Shown here: piece after piece, positions 38,987 to 50,426 of the stretch | Numbering within the stretch: the stretch's first letter is position 1 | Layout of the letters: each line of letters starts with the position of its first letter | From: an uncultured cyanobacterium | GTDB lineage: Bacteria; Cyanobacteriota; Cyanobacteriia; PCC-9006; JAAUQQ01 | Direction: 5' to 3' | Length of the DNA: 64,000 nt | NCBI GenBank assembly: GCA_963718615.1 | Contig: OY970368.1 | Location: 1,888,001 to 1,952,000 of the forward strand | Translations under genes and position numbers: made by a program | The notes under the pieces: model-generated | What the model saw: the letters and a program-made list of their open reading frames with translations, nothing else | Databases searched by the model: none | Told to the model about the DNA's origin: nothing

Positions 38987-41300
38987 GTCCTGGAATCGTT
39001 CGCGACAGTGTCCAAAACACCAGGGCAATATAGAGCAAGCCAACGGACCATTGGTACCAGGCTAAGGCTGCAATAAAGCTGGGCAACTGATAGTCGCGCA
39101 GCCGCACATCGTTGAATCCAAAACGAAACCAGTTGTTCAAGCTGAAATCATAGTAATTTAACCAACCCCAGCGCCGTTCCCAGAGGATGGGGAGATAGCG
39201 ATCGCGAAAAAACGAAAACCTCGGCACCGTCGGTAGCCGTGCAATCAGCACCCGCAACTGGCGCATCGAGCCATCTTCCACCCAGTAGCTTTCTCGGGGT
39301 CCCTCGGATCGCTGTTCTTCCCAAAATAACAATAGCAGGAGCGCCAGCGGAATTGGTCCAATCACCAGCCCTAAACTGGCCAACGTCAGTCCCGGCTGGG
39401 CGGTACCATTCCAAATCGCCCCTAGCCCAATCCCCATCATGCTCGTGAACATACTGCCCATGGCAATCAGTTCCGGCAGTTGGGGCCAAAGGTGCGGGGG
39501 ACGAATGCGATCGGCGGCCCAAAAGAGTAGGCCAAAATGGGCGATCGCCACCAATCCCACTCCCAAAACCAGTCCCACATTGCTGCCGTAGTCACTGAGG
39601 ACCAACAAGAGACTTAAAATTAAAGCTTGAAATGCTTTGCCTAGCCAGCCCTGGATCGAGCTAGAACGGGCAACGACGATGCGATCGCGCACCCGCACAT
39701 AGGTTGCCAGATCAACCGACTCTAAGCTCAGCAGTTCCGAACGGCTGTTAAAGGGATGCTCTGCGCGAAAGCGGATGATTTCTGTCCTTTGGGTCGATGA
39801 AAATCCCACTTGCCCCAGTTGTGCTGCCAAAGCCGTATTGATATTGACTCCCAGGAGTGCTTGATGCAACGCCCGTAACCGCAACCGCTGGGCTAAAAAC
39901 TCAACGGCGTTGGCATCAGCAATTTGCTGACGCTGGCGAAAGCCGGTGATCAACTCGCGCAAAACGGCCTGGTTTTCTTGCAAATTGGGCACCGATAGAA
40001 ACGGCCCAATCTGTCCTGGGCTGCCGACAATGGAAGCCTGGGGACTATCCAGGCGCAGCCCCGCTAAATTGAGGTGAGCCAGAGGATGACGACAAGCAAG
40101 ATCGGCGCAGGCAAAACTCGCCTCGCTAAAGTCCACCGTGCTCCCTAGGCTAGCTCCCCGCAGATTTACCGACTGCGAAAACTGGGCCTGCCGAAACAAG
40201 ACATTGTCCCGAAAAACCGCATTGGTGAGAAACAGCGCCGCAGAAAACCGACTGCGGAGCCAGTCTGCCGAGTCCTGCCAAAGGGTTTCCGAAAAATCTG
40301 CGTTTTTCTGAAACTGAATTCGCGAGAGGTTGGCTTTTCCCAAAAACTGCGCTTGGCTAAACCCGGCGGTTTGGCTAAATTCGCTGCCCTGAAACTGCAC
40401 GTCTGCATGAAATTGGACCTGGGAAAAACTGGCTCGATTGAGAAACAGGGCATTGCGAAAACTGACCCCTTGGCCAAAACTGGCTCCATTAAAACTCGCC
40501 GCCTTTTCAAACCGAGCCTCAGCGGCATCAAGCGATCGCTCAAATACCACCCCCCTGGCCTGCACTAAGCCCAAAAAATAGGTGTTGGCCCAGGTTACAG
40601 ATCCTGAAAATTGAGTTTGAATCAATTGCAACGATGCGGGAAAGAGCGTAATTTGACTAGGTCGCTGAAAATTTCCTAGGAGCGATCGCGATAACTGTTG
40701 AAGCTGCATCAATCGACGGCGATCGCGTCGCAACTGCTCAGACCCCGCCTCACTGAGACTGATGGCGCTCGCCAATTCTCCACTTCCCCCATCAAAGGTA
40801 ATCCGTTGACCGAGCTGCCGCAAATCAAAGTCTCCTTCAATGTGAGAGTAACTTAAATCTAGATTGACGGGTGCATTTTGTTCCTGAAGCTGAGCTCGAA
40901 TTCGGCGATAGAATGCATCTCGAAACTCGACTTGAGCAGGGCTATCTGTCCTCAGATCGATGGTAAATTGTCGTAAATTTATCGTTCGTAAGGGTGCGCT
41001 TGCAACGGTAGATTTAAGCCGTTGATTCAGAATGTCAAGAGTTAATGGTGGAGGAGAATTAGATTGATCAGGCTGAACTGATGCGGAATTTGCCACGGCA
41101 TGGGGTTGGTAGAGCGGTGCGGCGATCGCCCCAGCTCCAGGCTCACCAAGCCCGACAGACCCTGGTAATAAACATCCTAATCCTAATCCTAACCCTAACC
41201 CTAATCCCAAGCCCAAACCCCAAAACAGCAATCGTTTAAAGGGAAGAAGACCAATAGGACTTAATCTAGACTGATCGGGGGCGATCGCATTCTGATTCAT
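38961..41300 (-). CDS. Pentapeptide-repeat membrane protein with a helix-hairpin-helix segment
   Basis: A(S/D)F...QF repeats, VNINTA HhH-like motif and C-terminal TM helices. Confidence 0.8.
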   Translation of the reverse strand: MNQNAIAPDQSRLSPIGLLPFKRLLFWGLGLGLGLGLGLGLGCLLPGSVGLGEPGAGAIAAPLYQPHAVANSASVQPDQSNSPPPLTLDILNQRLKSTVASAPLRTINLRQFTIDLRTDSPAQVEFRDAFYRRIRAQLQEQNAPVNLDLSYSHIEGDFDLRQLGQRITFDGGSGELASAISLSEAGSEQLRRDRRRLMQLQQLSRSLLGNFQRPSQITLFPASLQLIQTQFSGSVTWANTYFLGLVQARGVVFERSLDAAEARFEKAASFNGASFGQGVSFRNALFLNRASFSQVQFHADVQFQGSEFSQTAGFSQAQFLGKANLSRIQFQKNADFSETLWQDSADWLRSRFSAALFLTNAVFRDNVLFRQAQFSQSVNLRGASLGSTVDFSEASFACADLACRHPLAHLNLAGLRLDSPQASIVGSPGQIGPFLSVPNLQENQAVLRELITGFRQRQQIADANAVEFLAQRLRLRALHQALLGVNINTALAAQLGQVGFSSTQRTEIIRFRAEHPFNSRSELLSLESVDLATYVRVRDRIVVARSSSIQGWLGKAFQALILSLLLVLSDYGSNVGLVLGVGLVAIAHFGLLFWAADRIRPPHLWPQLPELIAMGSMFTSMMGIGLGAIWNGTAQPGLTLASLGLVIGPIPLALLLLLFWEEQRSEGPRESYWVEDGSMRQLRVLIARLPTVPRFSFFRDRYLPILWERRWGWLNYYDFSLNNWFRFGFNDVRLRDYQLPSFIAALAWYQWSVGLLYIALVFWTLSRTIPGLNLLIYLR

Positions 41301-43030
41301 GATTCTACCCTTTGACCTAGCCGTTGAATGACTTCCATAATGGTGTGTCGGTTGATGGGCTTTGCTAAGTAGTCATCCATGCCTGCGGCTAAGGCTGCCC
41401 TTCGATCGGTTTCAAAGGCACTGGCACTCACTCCCACAATTCGAGGTTGGATGAAATTGGATGGGCCTAAATCGGCCTGAATAGGTTGCGAGCGAATCCA
41501 TTGGGTCACTTCCAGTCCATCCATCTCTGGCATTTGAATATCCATCAAAATCAAATCATAGAACCCCTTAGCCAACGCTCGTAAGACCTCTCTACCATTG
41601 TCGACAATCACCGGTTCGTATCCCAGTTGCTCTAGCACACGATCCATAACAATTTGATTCAGCCTATTATCTTCTGCTACTAAAATTCGCAGCGGATAGG
41701 TTTGAGCCCAGGTTTTTGAACAGAAGGGTGAGCCGGATCGCAGCGCTGGAGGTGGAGCGAAGGTCTGAGCATCAGGGCCGGTTGTCGGATTGCCCAGGCT
41801 TGATGGATTGACTAGGCTCGCTGGCAACTGCACCTCAAAGGTCGAGCCCTCACCCAAGATACTGCTAACACGAATTTCTCCACCCATGCAGTCACACAAG
41901 CGACGACAAATGGCAAGACCTAGACCTGTGCCGTCATATCTCCGCTGGCTAAACCGATCGACCTGGCGAAAGGGTTGAAAGATTGAATTGAGTTGTTCGC
42001 TTGGAATTCCAATTCCGGTATCTTGGACTGAAAATTGAAGCTGAATCTTGTCGCCATCGCCCTGTAAAATAGTCTGTACAGAAACTAAGATTGTACCGAT
42101 TTCCGTAAACTTGATTGCATTGCTAATTAGATTTAATAAAATTTGTTGAATTCGTGGTTCATCGACCATGACTAAGTCAGGGATATCGGTTTCCCAATCA
42201 ATTGTCAAGCCTAGATTTTTATCGAGCGCGCGCGGGGCGAGGATATTGGCGATCGCTTCCACACAATCTTTTAAATTACAGGGCTTTAAATTAAGTTCTA
42301 ACCGACCCGATTCAATATGAGATAAGTCGAGCAAATCACTAATAATCGCCAGCAATAGTTCTCCGCCATCACGAATGGTCTCTGCCCACTGTCGCTGGGT
42401 TTGGCTCAGGTCACTGTTCAGCAATAAACTATTCATCCCCAGAACGGCATTCAGAGGAGTTCGCAGTTCATGGCTCATCATTGCAAGAAATTCACTCTTA
42501 CTTCGGGCCGAAGCTTCAGCTGCTTCTTTGGCACGATAGAGTGCCATTTCTGTTTCTTTGCGTTCGGTAATATCATGGGTAATGCCATGCCAAGCAATGA
42601 GACCATCCCGCCAGGGAGTAGGTTGTGAGCCCACTTGCAGCCATTTGACTTGTCCAGAAGGTGTAATAATCCGCCATTCGTGGCGAAAGGGTTTGAGCTC
42701 TCCTCGTTCGAGATAGGCCACACAATCCGCTACTGCCATTTCGTAAGCCGCTCGATCCTCCGGATGAATGGCTTTATCCAACACTAGGGAGGCGTCAGCT
42801 AAGATTTGTTCTAGCGGAATTTCATAAATCTCCTCTGCGGTCTGACTCAAATATTCAAACCAAACCCGGCCATCTAGGCCATGAATCACCGTATGTAATG
42901 CCGCAGGAACTTGCTGTCCAAAGGTTTGTAGCCATTGCTTCTGCCGAATGATCTCAGCTTCTAGCGCTTCGCATGCTTGACAAGATTGGGAAGAAGAGGC
43001 TGTCAATGATTCTGATGGCTGATCATACAT
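41297..43030 (-). CDS. PAS-domain hybrid histidine kinase
   Basis: PAS motif IHPED, H-box MSHELRTPLN, NLISNAIKFT, GTGLGL and REC motif ILMDIQMP. Confidence 0.94.
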   Translation of the reverse strand: MYDQPSESLTASSSQSCQACEALEAEIIRQKQWLQTFGQQVPAALHTVIHGLDGRVWFEYLSQTAEEIYEIPLEQILADASLVLDKAIHPEDRAAYEMAVADCVAYLERGELKPFRHEWRIITPSGQVKWLQVGSQPTPWRDGLIAWHGITHDITERKETEMALYRAKEAAEASARSKSEFLAMMSHELRTPLNAVLGMNSLLLNSDLSQTQRQWAETIRDGGELLLAIISDLLDLSHIESGRLELNLKPCNLKDCVEAIANILAPRALDKNLGLTIDWETDIPDLVMVDEPRIQQILLNLISNAIKFTEIGTILVSVQTILQGDGDKIQLQFSVQDTGIGIPSEQLNSIFQPFRQVDRFSQRRYDGTGLGLAICRRLCDCMGGEIRVSSILGEGSTFEVQLPASLVNPSSLGNPTTGPDAQTFAPPPALRSGSPFCSKTWAQTYPLRILVAEDNRLNQIVMDRVLEQLGYEPVIVDNGREVLRALAKGFYDLILMDIQMPEMDGLEVTQWIRSQPIQADLGPSNFIQPRIVGVSASAFETDRRAALAAGMDDYLAKPINRHTIMEVIQRLGQRVES

Positions 43031-43102
43031 GGTATTCGTTAGGGGGTATCAATCAGGGATACATGAGCAAAAGCAAGTCTTCAAACATCGAGCAGTTATT
43101 GA

Positions 43103-44665
43103 TCAGGAACAAATCGGAGGCTCTACCCATACCGGCGCTAACGCAGGTCTAGAGGGTTGCTCTCGTCGACTGGGCGCAAGTGTCATAACGGACATCAGCG
43201 TCAGCTCCATGAGCTCTATATAGGCTTGAATATCCACTTGGCTTGAGAGGAGCATTTCTCGATATTGCTGCTTAATTTGCCCTAATTTTTGCAAGGCAGC
43301 TTCGGGGTCCGTTTGCAGTGTTTCCTGCCAATCATCCAGGAGCAATAGGGTATCAAGTACCAGTTGACGCCGTTGAGTTTCTAAAACCGATCGGCACTGA
43401 TCGCTAAAAGTTTGAGTTTTATGTTGGACCTGGGCGTAGATTTCGTCGGGAACATTGCCTGCAATAAACTGGAGCCGATTGTCTTGGCTGAGTTCTTCAA
43501 TTTCCCGGAGTGCTTCCTGGGGATCTTGTTTGAGGGCTTGGGCGAGTTCGGTAATGCGGGTTAGAGTGCGGTTGATGATGGTTTGCGATCGCCGACGCCG
43601 CCATTGTTGTAGGGCCAAACCAAATATGCTGCTGGCCAGCAGTAAGACAACCCCCGCTTGCAAATCACTGTTGCTATCCCAATAGCGCACCCAGGCTTGA
43701 CGCGGATCCCCCGTTTCATAGACTTGCATCGCCGCCGGATGGGTATAGAAGAGTCCTTGCCGGAGCAGAATCTCCGGTGAGCCGGTTTGCAGTTCTGGAT
43801 AGAAACTCGCATAGCGACGTGCGGTGGCGAGTATTGACCAAGTCAATAAACGAATCGTTTTGGGCTTAACGTCCGGTCGAGTCACCAAAACCGTTGGTGT
43901 CGCTAGGGTGGTGATGGGCTGACTGGGAATGGGGGGATTGACTCGATAAATGCCGATGGGAATGGTTGAGGCTTGGTACGTACCGGGTTGCTGAATCGTC
44001 AAAAAATTGATCAAACTAGGCGGCAGCGACAGCAAATCCAGATTGGCTGTATCCGCAAACCCCTGGCGAAGCTGGGCACTTGCCCCGAGTCGTCCGACGT
44101 AAAAGACCGCATCGAGCTGTTGCTGAGCCAATTGCTGAATGGCTTGCTCAAGACCTGCATCGCTGGCTCGAACCGGCAACTGCGCAGCCTTAAGAATTTG
44201 CTCAGCGGTAAATCGAATGCCGCTACCCGGTGTCCCAATGGCGATCGCCTTCCCCCCCAACTGTTCCAAACTTTGAGTCTGGCCTCGACGCACTAACAAA
44301 TGGCAATGCTCTTGGGCCAGAACGGCGATCGCCTGCACGTCTCCCGCTTCCATGGCCTTGGCCGCGACATCGAGCTGAACCAGGGCAAAGTCGGCCTGAC
44401 GGTTGCGCAACCGCTCCAGGTTATCCAAGGAGCCTTTCGAGGGTTCCACCGTCAGGTCTAGCTTGACCACACTACTTGCAGAGTCTTCGAGCTGCTGACC
44501 CAAGCGGTAGTAATAACCGGTTTCGGAGCCTGTGGACAGCCGCAGCCTTGGAGCCGCTGCATTGCAACTGGAAAGTCCGACGCCTAAGAGCAGGCAGATG
44601 ATGGACACTGCACGAGAAGAGAGCCAAGAACGGGGCCGACGGGGAACGGGCAGGATAGAGACCAT
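43103..44665 (-). CDS. TAXI-family TRAP solute-binding lipoprotein with a C-terminal TM and helical extension
   Basis: Lipobox LSSC. Motifs STGS.TGYYY, SKGSLDNL, G.PGSG and HPAA. Confidence 0.8.
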   Translation of the reverse strand: MVSILPVPRRPRSWLSSRAVSIICLLLGVGLSSCNAAAPRLRLSTGSETGYYYRLGQQLEDSASSVVKLDLTVEPSKGSLDNLERLRNRQADFALVQLDVAAKAMEAGDVQAIAVLAQEHCHLLVRRGQTQSLEQLGGKAIAIGTPGSGIRFTAEQILKAAQLPVRASDAGLEQAIQQLAQQQLDAVFYVGRLGASAQLRQGFADTANLDLLSLPPSLINFLTIQQPGTYQASTIPIGIYRVNPPIPSQPITTLATPTVLVTRPDVKPKTIRLLTWSILATARRYASFYPELQTGSPEILLRQGLFYTHPAAMQVYETGDPRQAWVRYWDSNSDLQAGVVLLLASSIFGLALQQWRRRRSQTIINRTLTRITELAQALKQDPQEALREIEELSQDNRLQFIAGNVPDEIYAQVQHKTQTFSDQCRSVLETQRRQLVLDTLLLLDDWQETLQTDPEAALQKLGQIKQQYREMLLSSQVDIQAYIELMELTLMSVMTLAPSRREQPSRPALAPVWVEPPICS

Positions 44666-44790
44666 GAGCTCACATTAGATCAAGAGATCAAGGGGGCGAT
44701 CGTCCCATCAATATATCAGCCCAGCCTGTTTGTTCTAGGGTGATGGAGTGATGCAGTCGATTCAACCTCGGGCTGATGGGACGTTTAGGT

Positions 44791-46170
44791 TTACTGAAAT
44801 ACCTGCATCCCCCGAATCGAGTAGTCGAGTAGCTGCATCGGATGCAGCACAGGTAACTGCCGTCCCTGCTTAGCCAGATGCTGAGAAATTTGTACAAAAC
44901 AACCGATATTTGCAGATGCAATGACCGTTGCTCCTGTATTTAACAAATTCCTCACCTTTTGCTCACCCAACTCCGCTGCAATGTCCGGCTGCAAAATGTT
45001 ATAAATTCCCGCACTGCCACAGCAAAGTGCTGCATCTATAGGTTCGCGTAATTGTACCCCTGGAATTTGGCGCAGCAACTGTCGAGGCTGTAGGCTAATG
45101 CGTTGACCATGGAGCATGTGGCAGGCATCTTGATAGACCAGGGTTAGCGGTTCTGATTGCAAGGGCGACAGGGGTGCCGTTAAACCCACTTCCGCTAAAA
45201 ACTCTTGAACATCCTTGACCTTGGCGGCAAAGGCTTTGGCTCGTTCGGCGTAGATCGGATCATCCGCCAAAATATGACCATACTCCTTCAGCGTATGACC
45301 GCAGCCGGAGGCATTGATCAAAATCGCATCCAGATCGGGATCAAAGGCATCAATGAGCTGTCGGGCCAATGTCTGGGTTTGTTCGACCTGCCCTTGGTGA
45401 TGGGTCAAGGCACCGCAGCAGCCTTGAGTTGAGGGAACAACAATTTCACAGCCATTGGCAGAGAGGACCCGCGCCGTCGCTTCATTCACCGCTGGATTAA
45501 ACAGTCGCTGCACACAGCCCAACAGCATGCCGACGCGGTATCGCCGTTCACCCTGGGCTGGAATGACGGGAGGCAAGGAATCCGTAAAGGCTGCCGGAGG
45601 AAGCTCTGGCAACATGGCTTCCATGGCCGCGAGTTGGGGAGAGATTTTGTCGAAGATTTGGAGCGATCGCAACCCCCGCTGCAATCCCGTTTTCTGGTAC
45701 AGCCTCACCGGACGCAATAGCAACCGTAAGCGATTGGGATAGGGAAAAAGGCTAAAAATGAGCTTGCGTAACAGCCTTTCGGGGAGACTCCGGGATGAGT
45801 GGCGATCGACCTGAGCCCTTGTCGATTCAATCAACTGGTCGTAGCGGACGCCAGAGGGGCAGGTGGTCACACAGGCAAGACAGCCTAGACAAGTATCAAA
45901 ATGTCCGCTGGTGGTGTCGTTGAGCGGAATTTCCCCTTGGTTAATACTATCCATCAAATAAATCCGACCTCGGGGGGAATCCATCTCGGTACCCAAGACG
46001 CGATAGCTGGGACAGGTCGCTAGGCAAAAACCGCAGTGCACACAGGCATCGATCAGCTTTGGATCAGGGGGCGATTGTTCATCAAAACCAGAGGCTAAAC
46101 CGACGGTTGGGTCAGGAATCGCGAACTGGTTCCGCAGGGTTGCACGGTTGGACGAGTCGGTAGTTTGCAT
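44791..46170 (-). CDS. glcF: Glycolate oxidase Fe-S subunit
   Basis: CVHCGFCLATCP and CLGCLACVTTCP ferredoxin motifs plus two CCG domains. Confidence 0.9.
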   Translation of the reverse strand: MQTTDSSNRATLRNQFAIPDPTVGLASGFDEQSPPDPKLIDACVHCGFCLATCPSYRVLGTEMDSPRGRIYLMDSINQGEIPLNDTTSGHFDTCLGCLACVTTCPSGVRYDQLIESTRAQVDRHSSRSLPERLLRKLIFSLFPYPNRLRLLLRPVRLYQKTGLQRGLRSLQIFDKISPQLAAMEAMLPELPPAAFTDSLPPVIPAQGERRYRVGMLLGCVQRLFNPAVNEATARVLSANGCEIVVPSTQGCCGALTHHQGQVEQTQTLARQLIDAFDPDLDAILINASGCGHTLKEYGHILADDPIYAERAKAFAAKVKDVQEFLAEVGLTAPLSPLQSEPLTLVYQDACHMLHGQRISLQPRQLLRQIPGVQLREPIDAALCCGSAGIYNILQPDIAAELGEQKVRNLLNTGATVIASANIGCFVQISQHLAKQGRQLPVLHPMQLLDYSIRGMQVFQ

Positions 46171-46269
46171 CGCGATATTGGACCAAGGGGTGGAGAAAGG
46201 TTGTGGATTTAATCCCTAGGATAAGGCGATTGGGGTCTTTGGGGGTGGGGATGGGGATGAAGAAGGGAG

Positions 46270-46298
46270 AGTTGGGAATAGGGAATTGGGAATAGGAA
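46270..46298. repeat. STRR-type heptamer tandem repeat (GGGAATA/GGGAATT)
   Basis: Intergenic ...TTGGGAATAGGGAATTGGGAATAGGAA... Confidence 0.65.
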
Positions 46299-46311
46299 AT
46301 CGGCAAGGAGA

Positions 46312-47013
46312 TTAGGGTTTCTGGCGGTCGAGGGTGTTGAGGTAGTCGATGCCGCCGAGTTGGGCCATTTGCGCCAGGATCCAGGCTTGGCGATCGAGAA
46401 CTTCCCAGGAGGGATCCAGAACGCTGTAGAGTTCGGGGCCGGGCAGGACGGCGGCGAGGAGGGCCGCTTCGTCGGGGGTGAGGTCGCGGGGGCGAAGGTC
46501 AAAGAAGTCGCGGCTGGCGGCTCCAACGCCGAAGGTGCGATCGCCAAACTGTGCCACATTCAGATAAACGGTGAGAATCCGCTCTTTACTCCAGAACAAC
46601 TCAATCAAGATCGTAAACCAAGCCTCCAGCACTTTACGAAAAGCACTGCGACCGGACCAAAGAAAGAGATTTCTGGCAACCTGTTGGCTGATGGTGCTGG
46701 CCCCGCGCAGGCTGGAGCCTTGGTTGTAGTCTTTGAGGGCGGCTTCGATGGCCTCTAGGTCAAAGCCGTTATGGTCGGGAAAGCGTTGGTCTTCGGCGGC
46801 GATCGCCGCTAGCCCTATGACCGGATTCATGTTTTTGTAAGCGGTCCAGCGATAGTGATAGGGTCGCCCATGGCTGAGGGCGTTTTGGACCATGAAGCTG
46901 GTGGTAGGCAAGGGCAAAAAGCCCCAGGGAATGACGAGGAAAATCGACATCCAGAAGATGCTGAAAAGCGTTAAAAGCAAGCGACGCAGCAGGCGCTGGA
47001 AGGGGCGTTTCAC
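46312..47013 (-). CDS. mtgA: Monofunctional peptidoglycan transglycosylase
   Basis: GT51 motifs AEDQRF..H.GFD, RGASTISQQVARNLFL and RK..E. Confidence 0.93.
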   Translation of the reverse strand: MKRPFQRLLRRLLLTLFSIFWMSIFLVIPWGFLPLPTTSFMVQNALSHGRPYHYRWTAYKNMNPVIGLAAIAAEDQRFPDHNGFDLEAIEAALKDYNQGSSLRGASTISQQVARNLFLWSGRSAFRKVLEAWFTILIELFWSKERILTVYLNVAQFGDRTFGVGAASRDFFDLRPRDLTPDEAALLAAVLPGPELYSVLDPSWEVLDRQAWILAQMAQLGGIDYLNTLDRQKP

Positions 47014-47048
47014 AGGCGCTCCAAAACTTTAATCAACAAACCAACAAA

Positions 47049-48128
47049 TCAACAAATTCGCGGTAACTGCCCCCCATTGCGATAGTCAATCAGACGATTT
47101 CCCCCAATGCCAGTGTATTGGTTAACCTGTCCCAGGCGTAAAGGAGTCTCCACCCCACCTTGCTCGACCCATCCAATCTTCGCTGCCTCTGGTTCAATCC
47201 CCATGGACCTGGCTTCTTCCTGGAGCAAGTGCAGCGCTGCATCCCCCTGAGCCGCTGGTACGAACGCAATAAATCGGCCTTCATTGGCCAGATACAGGGG
47301 GTCTAGTCCCAAGATTTCACAGGCTCCCTGGACTGCTGCTGAGGTTGGAATTTGTTCTTCTAATTGTAGGGTGAGTTGTCTGCTGAGGGCAATTTCATTT
47401 AACGCGGTTGCTAACCCGCCCCGCGTCAAATCCCGGAGACAATGGATCTCAATTCTCCCCTCGATCAAAGCCTGTACCTGGCTAGAAACCGGAGCTAGAT
47501 CACTGGTCAACGTCGTTTCAAATTCTAAGCTTTCGCGCTGGGCCATAATCGCGATTTCGTGGCGACCAATGTCGCCACTGAGTAGAATCACGTCGCCGGG
47601 CTGGATCGATTGGGGGGTAATCATCCAGGGATGGTCAACCAGGCCAATGCCAGCCGTATTGATATACAACCCATCTCCTTTACCTCGCTCGACAACCTTG
47701 GTGTCGCCGGTGACGATTTGGATTTGGGCGCGATCGCTCGCGGCCTTAATCGACTGCACCACTTGCCACAGTGTTGCCAAGGCCAAGCCCTCTTCTAAAA
47801 TGAAGCTCAAGCTTAGATACAGGGGTTTAGCACCCGCCATGGCCAAATCATTGACCGTCCCATAGACAGCTAGGGAACCAATATCCCCCCCTGGGAAAAA
47901 GAGAGGTGAAACAACATAGGAATCCGTGGTAAAAGCAATTTTTCCATGGGCCAATTCTAGCCGTGCTGCATCATGTTGCCAATCCCTTTGGGAGCCAAAC
48001 GTTGCCAAAAACATTTGGTCAATTAACTGTTTCATCATCCGTCCACCTCCCCCGTGGGCCATCAACACATGGGGATATTGTTGCAACGGAATCGGACAGG
48101 TTAGGTCAAAATCAACCGGTGAAGACAT
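47049..48128 (-). CDS. hypE: Hydrogenase maturation protein HypE
   Basis: AHGGGG, FTTDSYVV.PLFFPGGDIG and C-terminal LPRIC. Confidence 0.96.
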   Translation of the reverse strand: MSSPVDFDLTCPIPLQQYPHVLMAHGGGGRMMKQLIDQMFLATFGSQRDWQHDAARLELAHGKIAFTTDSYVVSPLFFPGGDIGSLAVYGTVNDLAMAGAKPLYLSLSFILEEGLALATLWQVVQSIKAASDRAQIQIVTGDTKVVERGKGDGLYINTAGIGLVDHPWMITPQSIQPGDVILLSGDIGRHEIAIMAQRESLEFETTLTSDLAPVSSQVQALIEGRIEIHCLRDLTRGGLATALNEIALSRQLTLQLEEQIPTSAAVQGACEILGLDPLYLANEGRFIAFVPAAQGDAALHLLQEEARSMGIEPEAAKIGWVEQGGVETPLRLGQVNQYTGIGGNRLIDYRNGGQLPRIC

Positions 48129-48145
48129 CGATTAAGTATCCAAGA

Positions 48146-49354
48146 TTAAGTATCCAAAACAAAATCCGTAGGGGCTGCTGTTGACGGCAAATTGAGCTTT
48201 AGATTGGGTTGACGATAACGATAGTAGGCCGCGCAGGCTCCTTCCGATGAAACCATCGGGGCACCTAGGGGTTGATCCGGCGTACAGCGGCTGCCAAAGG
48301 CTGGACAGGTGTGGGGTTTGCGAATGCCCTGCAAAATCTGGCCACTGATGCAGTCGGAACGTTCAGTACGTTCAGCCTTTGCAAAATGTTCAGCGTTGGC
48401 CGGGATCGGGCTTAAAGGCTTACCTTGCTGCAAGAATTGCAGCAATCCTGCTTTTTGATGCACATCATAGGCCGCAAATTTTCCCCGCAGTCCCAAACCA
48501 CTGGCCGGAATTTCACCCATGCCTCGCCAAATTTGCGGCACTACTTCAAACACCTGTTGCATGAGTTGCTGAGCCGACTCATTGCCTTGCGGTCGTACCG
48601 ATCGCCCATACTGATTTTCCACCTTTGCCTCACCCGCTTCCAGTTGCCGCAGACAATGGTAAATGCCCTGTAAAATATCCACGGGCTCAAACCCCGTCAC
48701 CACAATCGGAACCTGGTAGCGCTGGGCGATCGCCCCATATTCCCCATAGCCCATCACCGTACAGACATGCCCCGCTGCCAAAAAGCCCTGGACTTGACAT
48801 TCGGAAGCTGACAAAATCGCCTCCATCGCCGGAGGTACCCGTACATGGGAAACCAAAAACGAAACATTGGTCAGTTGCAACTGTGCGGCTTGGTACACCG
48901 TCATGGCCGTAGCCGGTGCGGTTGTTTCAAAGCCAACTGCGAAGAAGATAACCTCTTTCCCAGGATTTGCCTGAGCAATTTTGAGGACATCCAGCGGTGA
49001 ATAGAGCACTCGTACATCGCCTCCAAGTGCTTTGACGCTGAGCAGATCCCCTTGGCCAGGGCTACCGGGGACCCGCAGCATATCGCCGTAGGAGCAAAGG
49101 ATAACGTTGGGCTGTTGGGCGAGGGCGATCGCTTGATCGATTGTTTCCGCAGCGGTGACACAAACCGGACAACCAGGGCCGTGAATCAGGGTGATTTCAG
49201 TCGGTAACAACTGGTCGATACCGTATTTGATAATGCTGTGGGTTTGGCCTCCACAAATTTCCATCAGCGTCCAAGGGCGAGTGGGGAGTTGGGCGATCGC
49301 TTCAACCCGTTGCTTTACCCTTGCACCGTTGCGATATTCATCCACATATTTCAT
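48146..49354 (-). CDS. hypD: Hydrogenase maturation protein HypD
   Basis: [21 protein letters not shown] and [10 protein letters not shown]. Confidence 0.97.
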   Translation of the reverse strand: MKYVDEYRNGARVKQRVEAIAQLPTRPWTLMEICGGQTHSIIKYGIDQLLPTEITLIHGPGCPVCVTAAETIDQAIALAQQPNVILCSYGDMLRVPGSPGQGDLLSVKALGGDVRVLYSPLDVLKIAQANPGKEVIFFAVGFETTAPATAMTVYQAAQLQLTNVSFLVSHVRVPPAMEAILSASECQVQGFLAAGHVCTVMGYGEYGAIAQRYQVPIVVTGFEPVDILQGIYHCLRQLEAGEAKVENQYGRSVRPQGNESAQQLMQQVFEVVPQIWRGMGEIPASGLGLRGKFAAYDVHQKAGLLQFLQQGKPLSPIPANAEHFAKAERTERSDCISGQILQGIRKPHTCPAFGSRCTPDQPLGAPMVSSEGACAAYYRYRQPNLKLNLPSTAAPTDFVLDT

Positions 49355-50400
49355 TCCAGCCCTCCCGCCACTGACTCCAATCGATTACCCTCTCTCACCG
49401 TCCAGCTTGGATGATAGCTTTGCAGCGTTTTCATATATTGCACCCGCTCAAACTGACTAGGGTTGGGACAATTTCGCTGGCTCATGGTGCCCCGCAGTTG
49501 TGTCACGGACTCATATTCATGCTCCGTCAACCAATCTATCAGCTCCGTCTCAATACTCCGTAGATGACCGATGTTATGGCGAAGTAAAACACTCACGATT
49601 TGAACCGCACTGGCTCCTGCCATCATCAGCCGCACGACGTCTTGAGCATTATGAATCCCGCTGGTGGCGGCAAGGTCTGCTGCAATTTGACCATAGAGAA
49701 TGCCAATCCAATGCATTGGCAACCGTAGATCCTGGGGGGTGCTTAATAGCAGGCTGGGGCGAACGTCAAGTGTCTCAATGTCAATGTCGGGTTGATAAAA
49801 GCGGTTAAAAAGCACTAGCCCATTAGCTCCGGCTTCAGTCAATCGCTTAGCCATGTTGGCAGTGCTACTAAAAAAGGGACTGATTTTAACCGCTAACGGC
49901 AGTGTAACTTGGGCTTTAACCCGCCGGACGACTTCGAGATACTGTTCTTCTACCTCTGCCCCCGAACAATTCAGATCGGTGGGAATCCAGTAGAGATTAA
50001 GCTCAAGAGCATCGGCTCCTGCCGCTTGAATTTGATGGGCATAGCTGACCCATCCCCCAAGGGAAGAGCCATTGAGACTGGCAATCACCGGGATTTCTAA
50101 ACTGGCCTTAGCTTGGCGAATATGTTCAAGATAGAGCTCAGCATCAACATGAAAGTAATCAGGTTCAGGGAAATAGGTCAGGGCTTCAGCAAAGCTGTGG
50201 GTGCCATATTCTAAATGGTGATGGAGTTCCAGGGCATCCTGGTGAATTTGTTCCTCAAAAACCGAATGGAGAACAATCGCAGCGGCTCCTGCATCTTCTA
50301 GCGCTTTGAGGGTGTCGAGGTCTTCGCTTAGGGGGGCGGCGGCTCCGATGATGAGGGGCGATCGCAAATTTAAGCCGAGGTAGGTGGTGGTGATATCCAT
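49351..50400 (-). CDS. Dihydroorotate dehydrogenase-like protein (nifJ-associated)
   Basis: [26 protein letters not shown] and [10 protein letters not shown]. Confidence 0.9.
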   Translation of the reverse strand: MDITTTYLGLNLRSPLIIGAAAPLSEDLDTLKALEDAGAAAIVLHSVFEEQIHQDALELHHHLEYGTHSFAEALTYFPEPDYFHVDAELYLEHIRQAKASLEIPVIASLNGSSLGGWVSYAHQIQAAGADALELNLYWIPTDLNCSGAEVEEQYLEVVRRVKAQVTLPLAVKISPFFSSTANMAKRLTEAGANGLVLFNRFYQPDIDIETLDVRPSLLLSTPQDLRLPMHWIGILYGQIAADLAATSGIHNAQDVVRLMMAGASAVQIVSVLLRHNIGHLRSIETELIDWLTEHEYESVTQLRGTMSQRNCPNPSQFERVQYMKTLQSYHPSWTVREGNRLESVAGGLE

Positions 50401-50426
50401 ACAAATGCTCTGGGATTAAGGATCGA